64,000 bases of DNA from Dehalococcoidia bacterium (GTDB taxonomy: Bacteria; Chloroflexota; Dehalococcoidia; Lucifugimonadales; Lucifugimonadaceae). Position 1 is the first letter of the stretch; each line of letters opens with the position of its first letter. A program made the translations under genes and the position numbers. This document shows, one piece after another, positions 25,536-33,975 of the stretch. The notes under the pieces are model-generated. The model was not told the origin of the DNA and made no database searches. It worked only from the letters and a program-made list of their open reading frames with translations. The stretch lies in the NCBI GenBank assembly GCA_965226685.1, contig CBDDDP010000004.1, positions 1,050,714 through 1,114,713 on the forward strand, given 5' to 3'.

Positions 25536-26960
25536 TCACTTTGTCCGATTCAGGACAGATCCATCTTTGGCATCAAGTTCGTGGTCTTCTTTTTTGCGCG
25601 TGGCGGCTATGCGCCATGCGAACACGCTTAGAAGCGCCACGATCCCGAACGGCAACGTGGCTTCGATACTGCCGTTTTGGTTGGGCGTTGCGTTGCAGAA
25701 CCCAAAAAAGCCGCCGTTTTTTGGGGTAGGCGTCTCGGTCTCGTTTCCACCGACTACCGGAACGAATTGCGTCGGCCTCACAATCGTCACCACGGCGCTA
25801 GTCGGCTCTCCGGCGGCTGTCGTCGGACGCGGCGTACGCGTAGGTTCAGGCGTCGGAGTGGCGGTTGGAACGTCGGTTGGCGTCGGCGACGGCACGACGG
25901 TTGGCGCGCTCGTGGGCGTCAGCGTCGGGGTGTTGGTTGGCACCGGGGTAGGGGTATTGGTCGGAGACGGTGTTGACGTCTGCGTCGGGGTCAGTGTCGG
26001 CGTATGCGTCGCGGTTGGAACCGGCGTCGCGGTCTCGGTTGGCGTCGCGGTATCTGTCGGCGTCGGCGTAATCGTTGGCGTATCCGTCGGCGTCGGTGTT
26101 GGCGTCAAAGTGGGCAACAGATCGGGGAAGACCAGCGAGAAGTTCTCGAACTGCTGGCCTCCGACAAATGCTCCTGGAGGCGACAATGCCTCCAAGAAGC
26201 GCGGCGCGCCTGTCGGGTCGTTTCGATCAATGAGATAGAACACCACTGGTGCGTCTCGATATTTCTTGTCTACAACATCCATAGTGAGGAAGTAATCCCC
26301 ACCGAATACTTGGATGTTTGCTGACCGGAAATCTGAGCCGACGACAGCGTAGATTTCTGATCCCTCGGGCAATGGGCCTTTTGGCGTTCTCGCCTTGCCG
26401 GTGAAGAACGCGGGTCTGAGTATTTCGGGAGAAGGCGTGTACGTTGGAGTGACGGTCGGTGTTGCTTCTGGGAGGTTCGGGAAATCCAGATCCACTTGAC
26501 GGAGAATCGGGAACGTCCAAGTGCAGCCGCCACAGATCTGATTAGAAAATTCGTTGATTACGGCATACCAGTTGGCAGTTGTGGAGAGCACTTGGCCATC
26601 CAGCCAAAACTCGATTTGGGATCCGACCAAGTCCAGCTCCTTCTCAGGAGCCACGAGAAGATGGGCGTATTGGGAGGGTCTGTCGGGCAGACTGCCGACC
26701 ACGACGGGCGGCGATTCCCACTTATCACTGATCCGAGCCGTGATCGTAAACCCGGAGTACGCCGGTTGTTCGCCGTTGATAGTCACGTTTCCGTTAAACA
26801 CGATAGCTTGAAGGATTGGAGGGACGATAGCTTGTGCGTGAACGGATCGGCTGGCGCGGTTCTCCAGAGCGATCATTCCGACTGCTAGGAATGCCGACAA
26901 AGTTAAGACGACGCCCCAAACTCTGAGGCGCCTCATGATTGGGCGCGCGGGTACAGGCAT
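25536..26960 (-). CDS. Pro/Thr-stalked envelope protein, paralog 3 (two globular modules)
   Basis: The ORF is open to 27023. ATG 26960 ([32 protein letters not shown]) is preceded by AGGAAG 6 nt upstream. Two modules and a PT stalk, ending [44 protein letters not shown]... The stop lies 1 nt (to GTG 25534) or 10 nt (to ATG 25525) from the paralog-2 start region. Confidence 0.75.
   Translation of the reverse strand: MPVPARPIMRRLRVWGVVLTLSAFLAVGMIALENRASRSVHAQAIVPPILQAIVFNGNVTINGEQPAYSGFTITARISDKWESPPVVVGSLPDRPSQYAHLLVAPEKELDLVGSQIEFWLDGQVLSTTANWYAVINEFSNQICGGCTWTFPILRQVDLDFPNLPEATPTVTPTYTPSPEILRPAFFTGKARTPKGPLPEGSEIYAVVGSDFRSANIQVFGGDYFLTMDVVDKKYRDAPVVFYLIDRNDPTGAPRFLEALSPPGAFVGGQQFENFSLVFPDLLPTLTPTPTPTDTPTITPTPTDTATPTETATPVPTATHTPTLTPTQTSTPSPTNTPTPVPTNTPTLTPTSAPTVVPSPTPTDVPTATPTPEPTRTPRPTTAAGEPTSAVVTIVRPTQFVPVVGGNETETPTPKNGGFFGFCNATPNQNGSIEATLPFGIVALLSVFAWRIAATRKKEDHELDAKDGSVLNRTK
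25818..26117 (-). repeat. in-frame Pro/Thr low-complexity stalk
   Basis: Encodes [98 protein letters not shown]. Degenerate short-period repeats. Confidence 0.85.
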
Positions 26961-27003
26961 ACATAGCTTCCTACTGAGGATTGTGCGATTCCGCATAGCT
27001 GAA

Positions 27004-27033
27004 ATGCTACGTTTCCGATGCAAGATTGTTCAA
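27004..27033 (-). promoter_or_regulatory. candidate sigma-70-type promoter for the envelope-protein genes
   Basis: On the minus strand, TTGAAC (27033-27028) - 18 nt - TAGCAT (27009-27004), between the rpsI stop and the paralog-3 start. This is a sequence match only. Confidence 0.3.
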
Positions 27034-27094
27034 TTCCAGCGCGGCGTGTGCATCGAGCAGTCGCGCGGCGTATGGGCGTACCTAAAAGAGGAAT

Positions 27095-27502
27095 TTAACG
27101 TTTGGTGTACTGCGGTGCTTTGCGTGCCCGTTTGAGTCCGTACTTCTTCGATTCGCGCATTCTAGAATCGCGAGTCAAGAGTTTGTAGCTCTTCAGGACA
27201 GGTCTTAACTGCGGGTCGAACGCGATCAGAGCTCGCGCCAACCCGTGTGAAAGTGCGACTGCTTGTCCGTGGGTACCGCCGCCTTGCGTCTTGGCGACGA
27301 CGGAGACCTTGCCGGCTAGTTCGGTAACAGACAACGGCATCAGGGCGTCCGACAACCATTGATCCACGGAGATGGCTTCGTTCAACGGTTTACCGTTGAC
27401 AGTCACGCCACCCGCACGGTTGTAAACGCGGACCCGCGCGATGGACGTCTTCCGTCGGCCAGTGCCGTAGTAGTAGTTGGTGTTCTCGGTTTCGGTAGTC
27501 AA
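27095..27502 (-). CDS. rpsI: 30S ribosomal protein S9
   Basis: 135 aa with GTGRRKTSIARV... and ending ...KAPQYTKR. TTG start with SD GAGGAG 7 nt upstream. Confidence 0.95.
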   Translation of the reverse strand: MTTETENTNYYYGTGRRKTSIARVRVYNRAGGVTVNGKPLNEAISVDQWLSDALMPLSVTELAGKVSVVAKTQGGGTHGQAVALSHGLARALIAFDPQLRPVLKSYKLLTRDSRMRESKKYGLKRARKAPQYTKR

Positions 27503-27694
27503 GTTGCGCTCCTCACGCGGTTATATCACCGCACGGATAGGCTCGCGTTCGCGGATCGTACGAATGGACTATCGGTGAGACTTCCCACGAATCTGTCCGA
27601 CGTTTGCGAGCCCGTATGGTGTTACGAAAGTTGGGGGATGTTCGGATTGATCTCATCGCCTAACTGCCGGGCCAGTTCCCAACCAATCGGTTTA

Positions 27695-28156
27695 TTACTC
27701 GCCTGCTTCTCGCATCTTGGCGCGCTCGGTTCCGATAACTTGCGCTGAGTGGGGGTGCTCTGGGCCAGCGTAGACCTTCAATCGGGTCAACATCTTACGC
27801 CCAAGCTTGTTCTTGGGCAACATGCCTCTGACAGCCAGCTCGATGATCCGCCCGGGAGTGCGCTCCGACATCCGGGAGTACGGTATCTCTTTAAGGTTGC
27901 CGGGATATTGGCTGTGACGTCGGTAAATCTTTTGGTCAGCCTTGCGACCGGTCAATTCGATTTTGGTAGCGTTTACGACGACGACGAAGTCGCCCGATGC
28001 CATGTGAGGGACGTAATCGGCTCGATGCTTTCCCATCAACACCATGGCGATCTCGCTGGCTAGTCGGCCAAGCACTCTGCCATCGGCGTCGAACACGCGC
28101 CACCGGTTTTTCAACTCGGACGCGCTGGGGTTGTAGTGCTTCAATTTGGTTGGCAT
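27695..28156 (-). CDS. rplM: 50S ribosomal protein L13
   Basis: 153 aa with RWRVFDADGRVLGRLASEIA and GMLPKNKLGR. Confidence 0.95.
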   Translation of the reverse strand: MPTKLKHYNPSASELKNRWRVFDADGRVLGRLASEIAMVLMGKHRADYVPHMASGDFVVVVNATKIELTGRKADQKIYRRHSQYPGNLKEIPYSRMSERTPGRIIELAVRGMLPKNKLGRKMLTRLKVYAGPEHPHSAQVIGTERAKMREAGE

Positions 28157-28215
28157 AACATATCGATTCTAATTTGTGAGGGCCCAAGTTTCATCCCCGA
28201 TTTTGCGATCATCGC

Positions 28216-29007
28216 TCAGGCCACATTGGGATTGACCTCCAACGAAGGGAAGGATCTGTATACAACGCGCACCAGCGTCAACCCATGAGGTGGAGCGTTT
28301 TGCGATGCTGAGTCTCGCCTCGGATGATTGATCAACGACACGATCCAGTCTTCGGTTCTTGACGCGTTGCCCACCACGATCAGAGCTGCAACCATGCGTC
28401 GTATTTGTTGACGAACGAACGCGTTTGCCCGGATATCGAACGCGATCCGATTTTCGGAAGTGCGCGTTACCGTTGCAGTTTCCACTTGTCGCACCGTTGA
28501 ACCAGGATTCGTTGTGCTCGCAGCGAAGGATGCGAAGTCGTGAACGCCGATGAGGTGTCGAGCCGCTTCTGCCATCGTCGCAACATCCAAACGCCGGTTT
28601 ACGTGGTATTCGCGCCGTCTATTGATCGGGGAATGCGTCGGACCGTCGTTAATTGCGTAACTGTATTCACGCGCAACGGCGTCGCGTCGTGGATCGAAGT
28701 CGGCTGGGACACGCGTAACGAGCTTTACGCAGACATCGGCTGGTAGATTGCCGTTCATTGCTCTGCGCATTTCTTCGTCTGACATACCCGTCTCTATGTT
28801 GAGCGAGGCGACTTGCCCAAATGCGTGTACTCCGGCGTCGGTGCGACTTGCAAGGCTGATGCGACCGACATCGTTTCCGAAAATCGTCGCGGCTGCGGAT
28901 TCCAATTCGCCTTGTACCGTTCGCGCGTTCAACTGGAACTGGGACCCGCTGAAATCAGCGCCATCGTACTCGACAATCAACGCTATTCGCATTGTGCGTA
29001 GCGTCAC
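28216..29007 (-). CDS. truA: tRNA pseudouridine(38-40) synthase TruA
   Basis: 263 aa with IEYDGADFSGSQFQ, SRTDAGVHAFGQV and GVHDFASF. Confidence 0.9.
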   Translation of the reverse strand: MTLRTMRIALIVEYDGADFSGSQFQLNARTVQGELESAAATIFGNDVGRISLASRTDAGVHAFGQVASLNIETGMSDEEMRRAMNGNLPADVCVKLVTRVPADFDPRRDAVAREYSYAINDGPTHSPINRRREYHVNRRLDVATMAEAARHLIGVHDFASFAASTTNPGSTVRQVETATVTRTSENRIAFDIRANAFVRQQIRRMVAALIVVGNASRTEDWIVSLINHPRRDSASQNAPPHGLTLVRVVYRSFPSLEVNPNVA

Positions 29008-29033
29008 TCAACGACGCAAGGCAAGGATTGAAA

Positions 29034-29387
29034 CTAGTCGACGAGCTCGATGAGAGCCATCTCGGCCGAATCGCCTTGACGCTTACCGAGCTTGATGATG
29101 CGGGTGTAACCGCCGTTGCGTTCGCGATAGCGGTCAGCCAATTCGTCAAACGCTTTTGACAGCACTTCTTTGTCGGTGATGAAAGCAGCGGCTTGACGTC
29201 GGTTGTGGAGGTCACCGCGTTTAGCATGGGTGAGCATCTTTTCGGCCAATGGTGCCACTTCTTTAGATTTGGCATGAGTGGTCCTGATCACCTCGTGCCG
29301 AAGCAGATCGGTGACCATCAAACGGAACATGGCCTTTCGCTGGGCGGTTGCCCTGCCGAATTTACGTCCTGATCGGCGATGTCGCAT
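29034..29387 (-). CDS. rplQ: 50S ribosomal protein L17
   Basis: 117 aa with [20 protein letters not shown] and [10 protein letters not shown]. Confidence 0.95.
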   Translation of the reverse strand: MRHRRSGRKFGRATAQRKAMFRLMVTDLLRHEVIRTTHAKSKEVAPLAEKMLTHAKRGDLHNRRQAAAFITDKEVLSKAFDELADRYRERNGGYTRIIKLGKRQGDSAEMALIELVD

Positions 29388-29428
29388 TTTGTCCAGATAC
29401 TCCCAATTAGTTCGACGGAGGCTAACGC

Positions 29429-30421
29429 CTATTCAGGTTGCTCTTCTTCTTCTTCAGCCGGCCACAATTCCTTCTCAACCATGAAGTCACGGAGTTCTAG
29501 GAACGATACTTCGCCGAAATTGCGGACTTCTTGCTTTAGCGTATCCGGAGTGAAACGCATCAACTCACCTAACGTCCGGATAGGGTAGCGAGAAAGCGCG
29601 TTGATGATGCGAGAACTTAGCTCGTCGCCGAGGTCTTTGATCTCGGTCTCCAAGAGTTCCGACACTGCATCGGAATCTGGTTGATCTTCGGATTCGGGCT
29701 GCGCGGTGATGATGTCTAGTTTGGACTTCAAAATGTCCGCAGCGATGCGGAGTGCTTCGACCGGTTCGACCGTCCGATCGGTCCAGATTTCGATCGTCAA
29801 AAGGTCTCTGCCAGACAGTCGCCCAGACATGGCCTCGACTTCGAAGTTCGCCCTCAACACCGGCGTGAAGATAGCGTCAACCGGCAAGATTCCGTGGCTA
29901 GCGGCTTCTTCGTGATCGAATGAACGGTAGCCTTCGCCCTTCTCGACACCGAATGTCACCACCAATTCACCGTCGTCGGTGTCTAAGGTAGCCAAATGGT
30001 GTTCGGGATTCACGATTTCGAACACGCTGTGCGGTTTGATGTCGCCGGCGACGACTTCACCCTCGCCGGAAGCGTAAAGCGTCAAGACTTTCTGCGTCGT
30101 CTCAGCACGGGCACGTATTCGAATGCCTTTGGCGTTAATGAGAAACTCGCCAATGCCCTCGCGCATTTGCGGCACAGAGCCGTATTCGTGTTGCTGCCCG
30201 ACGATCCGTGCGGAGGTAATCGCCGTTCCGGGCATGGCGCCTAGGAGCACCCTCCTAAGTCCGTTGCCCAAGGTCGTGCCCCAACCTCGCTCCAAACCAG
30301 CGATCTGGAACTTCCCATACGTTTCAGTAGTTTCAACTACCTCGAGATGAGGGACGTACTCTTCTGCTTCGTCCGCGAACTGGACAGTGGTTGCGATTGG
30401 CGAGCGGATGCCGCTGATCAT
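29429..30421 (-). CDS. rpoA: DNA-directed RNA polymerase subunit alpha
   Basis: 330 aa with [15 protein letters not shown] and a C-terminal domain [20 protein letters not shown]. Acidic tail [11 protein letters not shown]. Confidence 0.95.
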   Translation of the reverse strand: MISGIRSPIATTVQFADEAEEYVPHLEVVETTETYGKFQIAGLERGWGTTLGNGLRRVLLGAMPGTAITSARIVGQQHEYGSVPQMREGIGEFLINAKGIRIRARAETTQKVLTLYASGEGEVVAGDIKPHSVFEIVNPEHHLATLDTDDGELVVTFGVEKGEGYRSFDHEEAASHGILPVDAIFTPVLRANFEVEAMSGRLSGRDLLTIEIWTDRTVEPVEALRIAADILKSKLDIITAQPESEDQPDSDAVSELLETEIKDLGDELSSRIINALSRYPIRTLGELMRFTPDTLKQEVRNFGEVSFLELRDFMVEKELWPAEEEEEQPE

Positions 30422-30430
30422 ATTCCTCGT

Positions 30431-31087
30431 CTATCTCCTTGAGTAGTACTCGACGATCAATCTGGTGTCGATCGTCGTATCGACGTCGTCATCAGACGGG
30501 ACTGCGTCGATAGCCGCAGTCAAGTTATCAGAGTCGACGGTAATCCAATTTGTGGCTTGACGCCGTCGGCCAACGTTGTCGTTGGCGGCTTTGAAAAGTC
30601 CGGTGTTCTTCGACGATTCCCGCCAACCGACGACGTCGCCTGGTTTCACGATGAAGGAAGGGATGTCGACCTTTTTGCCGTTGACAACGATGTGACCATG
30701 GTTGACGGTCTGGCGCGCTTGCGGGCGCGAAGTCGCAAACCCCGCTCGGTATACAACGTTGTCGAGCCTGCGTTCCAAAAGTTTGAGTAGGTTCGAACCA
30801 GTGACGCCTTGTTGTCGGGCGGCTTCGTCGAACGTGCCTCGGAATTGTTTTTCGTAGATGCCGTAGATGTGTCGGGCTTTCTGTTTCTGTTGAAGCTGGA
30901 TGCCATGATCCGAGAGTCGACGGCGGCGACGTTGGGCGCCGGCAGGGCCGCTAGGGGCTCGGCGTCCGGAACTATCGCGGGAACGGTCGACCGCGCATTT
31001 GGGCGTGTAGCAACGCTCGCCCTTCAAAAAGAGCTTTTCTCCCTGCGATTTGCAAATTTTGCAAACCGGATCTGTGTTTCTTGCCAT
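30431..31087 (-). CDS. rpsD: 30S ribosomal protein S4
   Basis: 218 aa. The N-terminus CKICKSQGEKLFLKGERCYTPKC has four Cys. S4 domain LDNVVYRAGFATSRPQARQTVNHGHIVVNG. Confidence 0.95.
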   Translation of the reverse strand: MARNTDPVCKICKSQGEKLFLKGERCYTPKCAVDRSRDSSGRRAPSGPAGAQRRRRRLSDHGIQLQQKQKARHIYGIYEKQFRGTFDEAARQQGVTGSNLLKLLERRLDNVVYRAGFATSRPQARQTVNHGHIVVNGKKVDIPSFIVKPGDVVGWRESSKNTGLFKAANDNVGRRRQATNWITVDSDNLTAAIDAVPSDDDVDTTIDTRLIVEYYSRR

Positions 31088-31291
31088 TACCGTCCCTGTT
31101 TCCCGTGGCGAGCGAAGTGATGATTAAGCGCGATTCGAGCGGTGGACCGTCAATGTCGGGTCACACGCTAACCTCTTGATTCTAAATTCGCTTTCTATCT
31201 ACGATTACCGTTTTGGTACTAATCTGCCAGCTAACCGACGATACTTGTAATCGGAGTGCGCGATGAACGCGTAATTCGCTAACCTGCCGCC

Positions 31292-31675
31292 TTAGACGCG
31301 TCGCCTCTTCGGTGGTCGGCAGCCGTTGTGCGGTATTGGAGTTTGGTCGCTGATGGAGCTGACGCGGATGCCGGCACCGGCAATGGCGCGGATGGCCGAT
31401 TCACGCCCGTTGCCTGGCCCCTTGACCATTACATCAACGGTGCGCATCCCGTGCGTAATCGCCGCACGAGCAGCCGATTCGCCAGCGCGTTGCGCCGCGA
31501 ATGCGGTCTTCTTGCGAGATCCGCGGAACCCCATAGCTCCTGAACTACTCTGTGAAATCACGTCGCCATTCGGATCCGTAAACGTGATAAGTGTGTTGTT
31601 GAACGTCGCGATGATGTACACGCGCCCTTGCGGAACGAATTTCCGCTCTCTGCTTCTTCGTCGAGTTCTGGGCAT
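31292..31675 (-). CDS. rpsK: 30S ribosomal protein S11
   Basis: 127 aa with [22 protein letters not shown] and [16 protein letters not shown]. Confidence 0.95.
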   Translation of the reverse strand: MPRTRRRSRERKFVPQGRVYIIATFNNTLITFTDPNGDVISQSSSGAMGFRGSRKKTAFAAQRAGESAARAAITHGMRTVDVMVKGPGNGRESAIRAIAGAGIRVSSISDQTPIPHNGCRPPKRRRV

Positions 31676-31730
31676 AGCCTAGATTGTCGCTCCTATTAAT
31701 GTGACAGTAGCTTGCGAGCCATCGATGTTT

Positions 31731-32114
31731 CTAATGCGATGGTGCCCGGCGCTTGCCTGCCACGGTCTGGCGGCGCCCGCGCTTGGTGCGAGCGTTCGTC
31801 TTGGTTCGTTGGCCTCGGACCGGCAAACCACGTCGGTGGCGCAGGCCTCGATAGCTCTGAATGTCCACAAGCCGACGGATATTCATTTGATTTTCGCGGC
31901 GCAGATCACCTTCGATCGCGATCCCTGCGCGGTCGATGCTGGTTCTGATACTCGCCAAGTCCTCGTCGCTGAGGTCGCGCATGCGCCTGCTGGCCTCGAT
32001 GCCGAGGTTCGCGGTGATGTCCGTGGCGCGATTGCGTCCGATCCCGTAGATCGACGTCAGTCCAATAACGACCCGGAGGTTGTCCGGGATGTTTACTCCT
32101 GCGATGATTGCCAT
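31731..32114 (-). CDS. rpsM: 30S ribosomal protein S13
   Basis: 127 aa with [18 protein letters not shown] and [24 protein letters not shown]. Confidence 0.95.
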   Translation of the reverse strand: MAIIAGVNIPDNLRVVIGLTSIYGIGRNRATDITANLGIEASRRMRDLSDEDLASIRTSIDRAGIAIEGDLRRENQMNIRRLVDIQSYRGLRHRRGLPVRGQRTKTNARTKRGRRQTVAGKRRAPSH

Positions 32115-32133
32115 TGCAACACTCCTCAGATTC

Positions 32134-32250
32134 TTAACCTTGACGCTGCTTGAAGCGCGGGTTCTGCTTGTTGATGACGTACACGCGCCCTTTGCGGCGC
32201 ACGACGCGGCTGCCAGGTTGTTTCGCTTTTACTGAAGCTCTGACCTTCAT
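32134..32250 (-). CDS. rpmJ: 50S ribosomal protein L36 (Cys-less form)
   Basis: Hand-translated and below the ORF-track cutoff: ATG at 32250-32248, TAA at 32136-32134. Translation [38 protein letters not shown]. Sits in the canonical position between infA and rpsM. Confidence 0.9.
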   Translation of the reverse strand: MKVRASVKAKQPGSRVVRRKGRVYVINKQNPRFKQRQG

Positions 32251-32270
32251 TTCATTTCCTCGCTCGCGGT

Positions 32271-32489
32271 CTAGCGGAATCGATAGGTGATCCTGCCGCG
32301 CGTCAGGTCGTATGGGGATAGTTCCACCATGACGTTGTCGCCAGGCAAGATGCGGATGTAGTTCTTTCGGATCCTCCCAGATGCGTGTGCGAGGACCACA
32401 TGGTCGTTCGGGAGACGCACGCGAAAGTACGCGTTGGGGTGCGCTTCCGTAACCGTCCCTTGTACTTCTATTGCTTCTTTTTTGGGCAT
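32271..32489 (-). CDS. infA: translation initiation factor IF-1
   Basis: The ORF is open to 32519. The conserved start is ATG 32489 ([26 protein letters not shown]...); S1-like fold. Confidence 0.95.
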   Translation of the reverse strand: MPKKEAIEVQGTVTEAHPNAYFRVRLPNDHVVLAHASGRIRKNYIRILPGDNVMVELSPYDLTRGRITYRFR

Positions 32490-32515
32490 GTTTGCACCAA
32501 TCCAGCGTATTGGGA

Positions 32516-33313
32516 TCAACCGTTCCGGGCAGAGGTCAAGACCTCTGGCCCATCGGCGGTTATCGCCACCGTATGTTCAAAATGTGCTGAAAGCGAGTCG
32601 TCAGCGGTAACGACGGTCCATCCATCGTCGAGAACCTTGGTCTCCCAAGAACCCGACATTATCATCGGTTCGATAGCTATCGTCATACCTTCCATCAGCA
32701 TGGGTCCGGACCCTGCGTCGCCAACATTCGGCACTGACGGCGCCTCGTGCAATTCGCGCCCGACGCCGTGACCGCCATACTCGCGCACCAATTCGAAGCC
32801 TGCTTCGCGAACGAACTGCTCAATCGCGTTGGAGATATCGCCAACCCGATTGTGCGGCACGCATTGCTCGATGCCTTGCTCCAAAGATTCTCGGCAAACA
32901 TCGACCAGTCGTAACCGCTCGTGGTCGGCATTCTCGCCAGCAACCGCTGTACGCGCGCAATCGCTGTAGAACCCATCCACAATAGCACCGCAGTCGACAC
33001 TCACCAGATCTCCGTCGGACACTACCCGCTCACACGGGATGCCGTGTACGATCTCAGCGTTAATCGAGATGCAGGCAACCGCAGGGAAACCGTAGAGACC
33101 TAGGAACGCTGGTTTCGCCCCTTGGGCACGAATGGTGCGACGAGCGATGTCGTCAAGTTCGGCAGTGGTAATTCCAGGTTCCAGCGCGTCGAACACAGCA
33201 TCCAACGCCACCGCGACAATTTGGCCGGCGGATCGCATTGCATCGAGTTCGCGCTTGCTTTTGAGCGCGATACGGCGAGCCGTATCTCGGTTGCTCGTAA
33301 GACTATCTTTCAA
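32516..33313 (-). CDS. map: type I methionine aminopeptidase
   Basis: 265 aa with metal ligands in [25 protein letters not shown] and IAIEPM. Confidence 0.95.
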   Translation of the reverse strand: MKDSLTSNRDTARRIALKSKRELDAMRSAGQIVAVALDAVFDALEPGITTAELDDIARRTIRAQGAKPAFLGLYGFPAVACISINAEIVHGIPCERVVSDGDLVSVDCGAIVDGFYSDCARTAVAGENADHERLRLVDVCRESLEQGIEQCVPHNRVGDISNAIEQFVREAGFELVREYGGHGVGRELHEAPSVPNVGDAGSGPMLMEGMTIAIEPMIMSGSWETKVLDDGWTVVTADDSLSAHFEHTVAITADGPEVLTSARNG

Positions 33314-33381
33314 AACGCAACTTCAATCGCAATTGTAACCCAACTGACTCTTTTCGTCGGATCGCCATCGGGCGACTGACT

Positions 33382-33933
33382 CTATTGCAGAGCACCGATC
33401 AACCGTTCACGGACTTCATCAATGGTTCCAAGCGCATCGATCTGGATGACGCGGTCGCCATCACGGTAATAATCGACGACTGGCGCTGTTTCGCGGTCGT
33501 ACACATCCATGCGGTGCCTGATCGCTTCCGGCTCGTCATCCACACGACCCTCGATGTCGCGGCGCTTTTCCAGTCGATCAATTAACTCGTCGACATCAAC
33601 ACTGAAGTAGATGACCCTGCTTAGGGACACACCGATCCTGTAAAGTTGGTCGTCGAGCGAAGCGGCCTGCGGCACCGTGCGCGGGAAGCCATCGAGAATG
33701 ACGTTCTCAGCTCCTGCCAATCGCTCCTTGATCATGTCGATGACGGTCCCGTCCGGGACCAGATCGCCTTTGTCGTAGAAGGTCTTGGCGAACTTGCCAA
33801 GCTCAGTGCCTCGGGCCATCTCGTCGCGGATCATGTCGCCGGTGGACAGGTGGACGTATCCGAGTTCGCTGGTCAACATTTCAGCCTGCGTGCCTTTGCC
33901 CGCGCCGGGAGGACCCAGAAATACGATCCGCAT
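33382..33933 (-). CDS. adk: adenylate kinase (short lid, no zinc knuckle)
   Basis: The ORF is open to 33957. ATG 33933 gives MRIVFLGPPGAGKGTQ with SD GAGGGG upstream. The lid region is RRDIEGRVDDEPE, without Cys. Confidence 0.95.
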   Translation of the reverse strand: MRIVFLGPPGAGKGTQAEMLTSELGYVHLSTGDMIRDEMARGTELGKFAKTFYDKGDLVPDGTVIDMIKERLAGAENVILDGFPRTVPQAASLDDQLYRIGVSLSRVIYFSVDVDELIDRLEKRRDIEGRVDDEPEAIRHRMDVYDRETAPVVDYYRDGDRVIQIDALGTIDEVRERLIGALQ

Positions 33934-33975
33934 TTCAATTCCCCTCAGCCATATCAACTTGCCGGCCCGCGAATG

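Noticed and set aside
22900-26238. Long plus-strand ORFs rich in Gly/Val/Ala (22900-23457, 24186-24602, 25414-26238, 25677-25976 and others), e.g. (GVAVGS)n
   Set aside because: They are mirror-frame artefacts of the minus-strand Pro/Thr repeat DNA. They have no starts with an SD, and each lies entirely inside a better-supported minus-strand gene.
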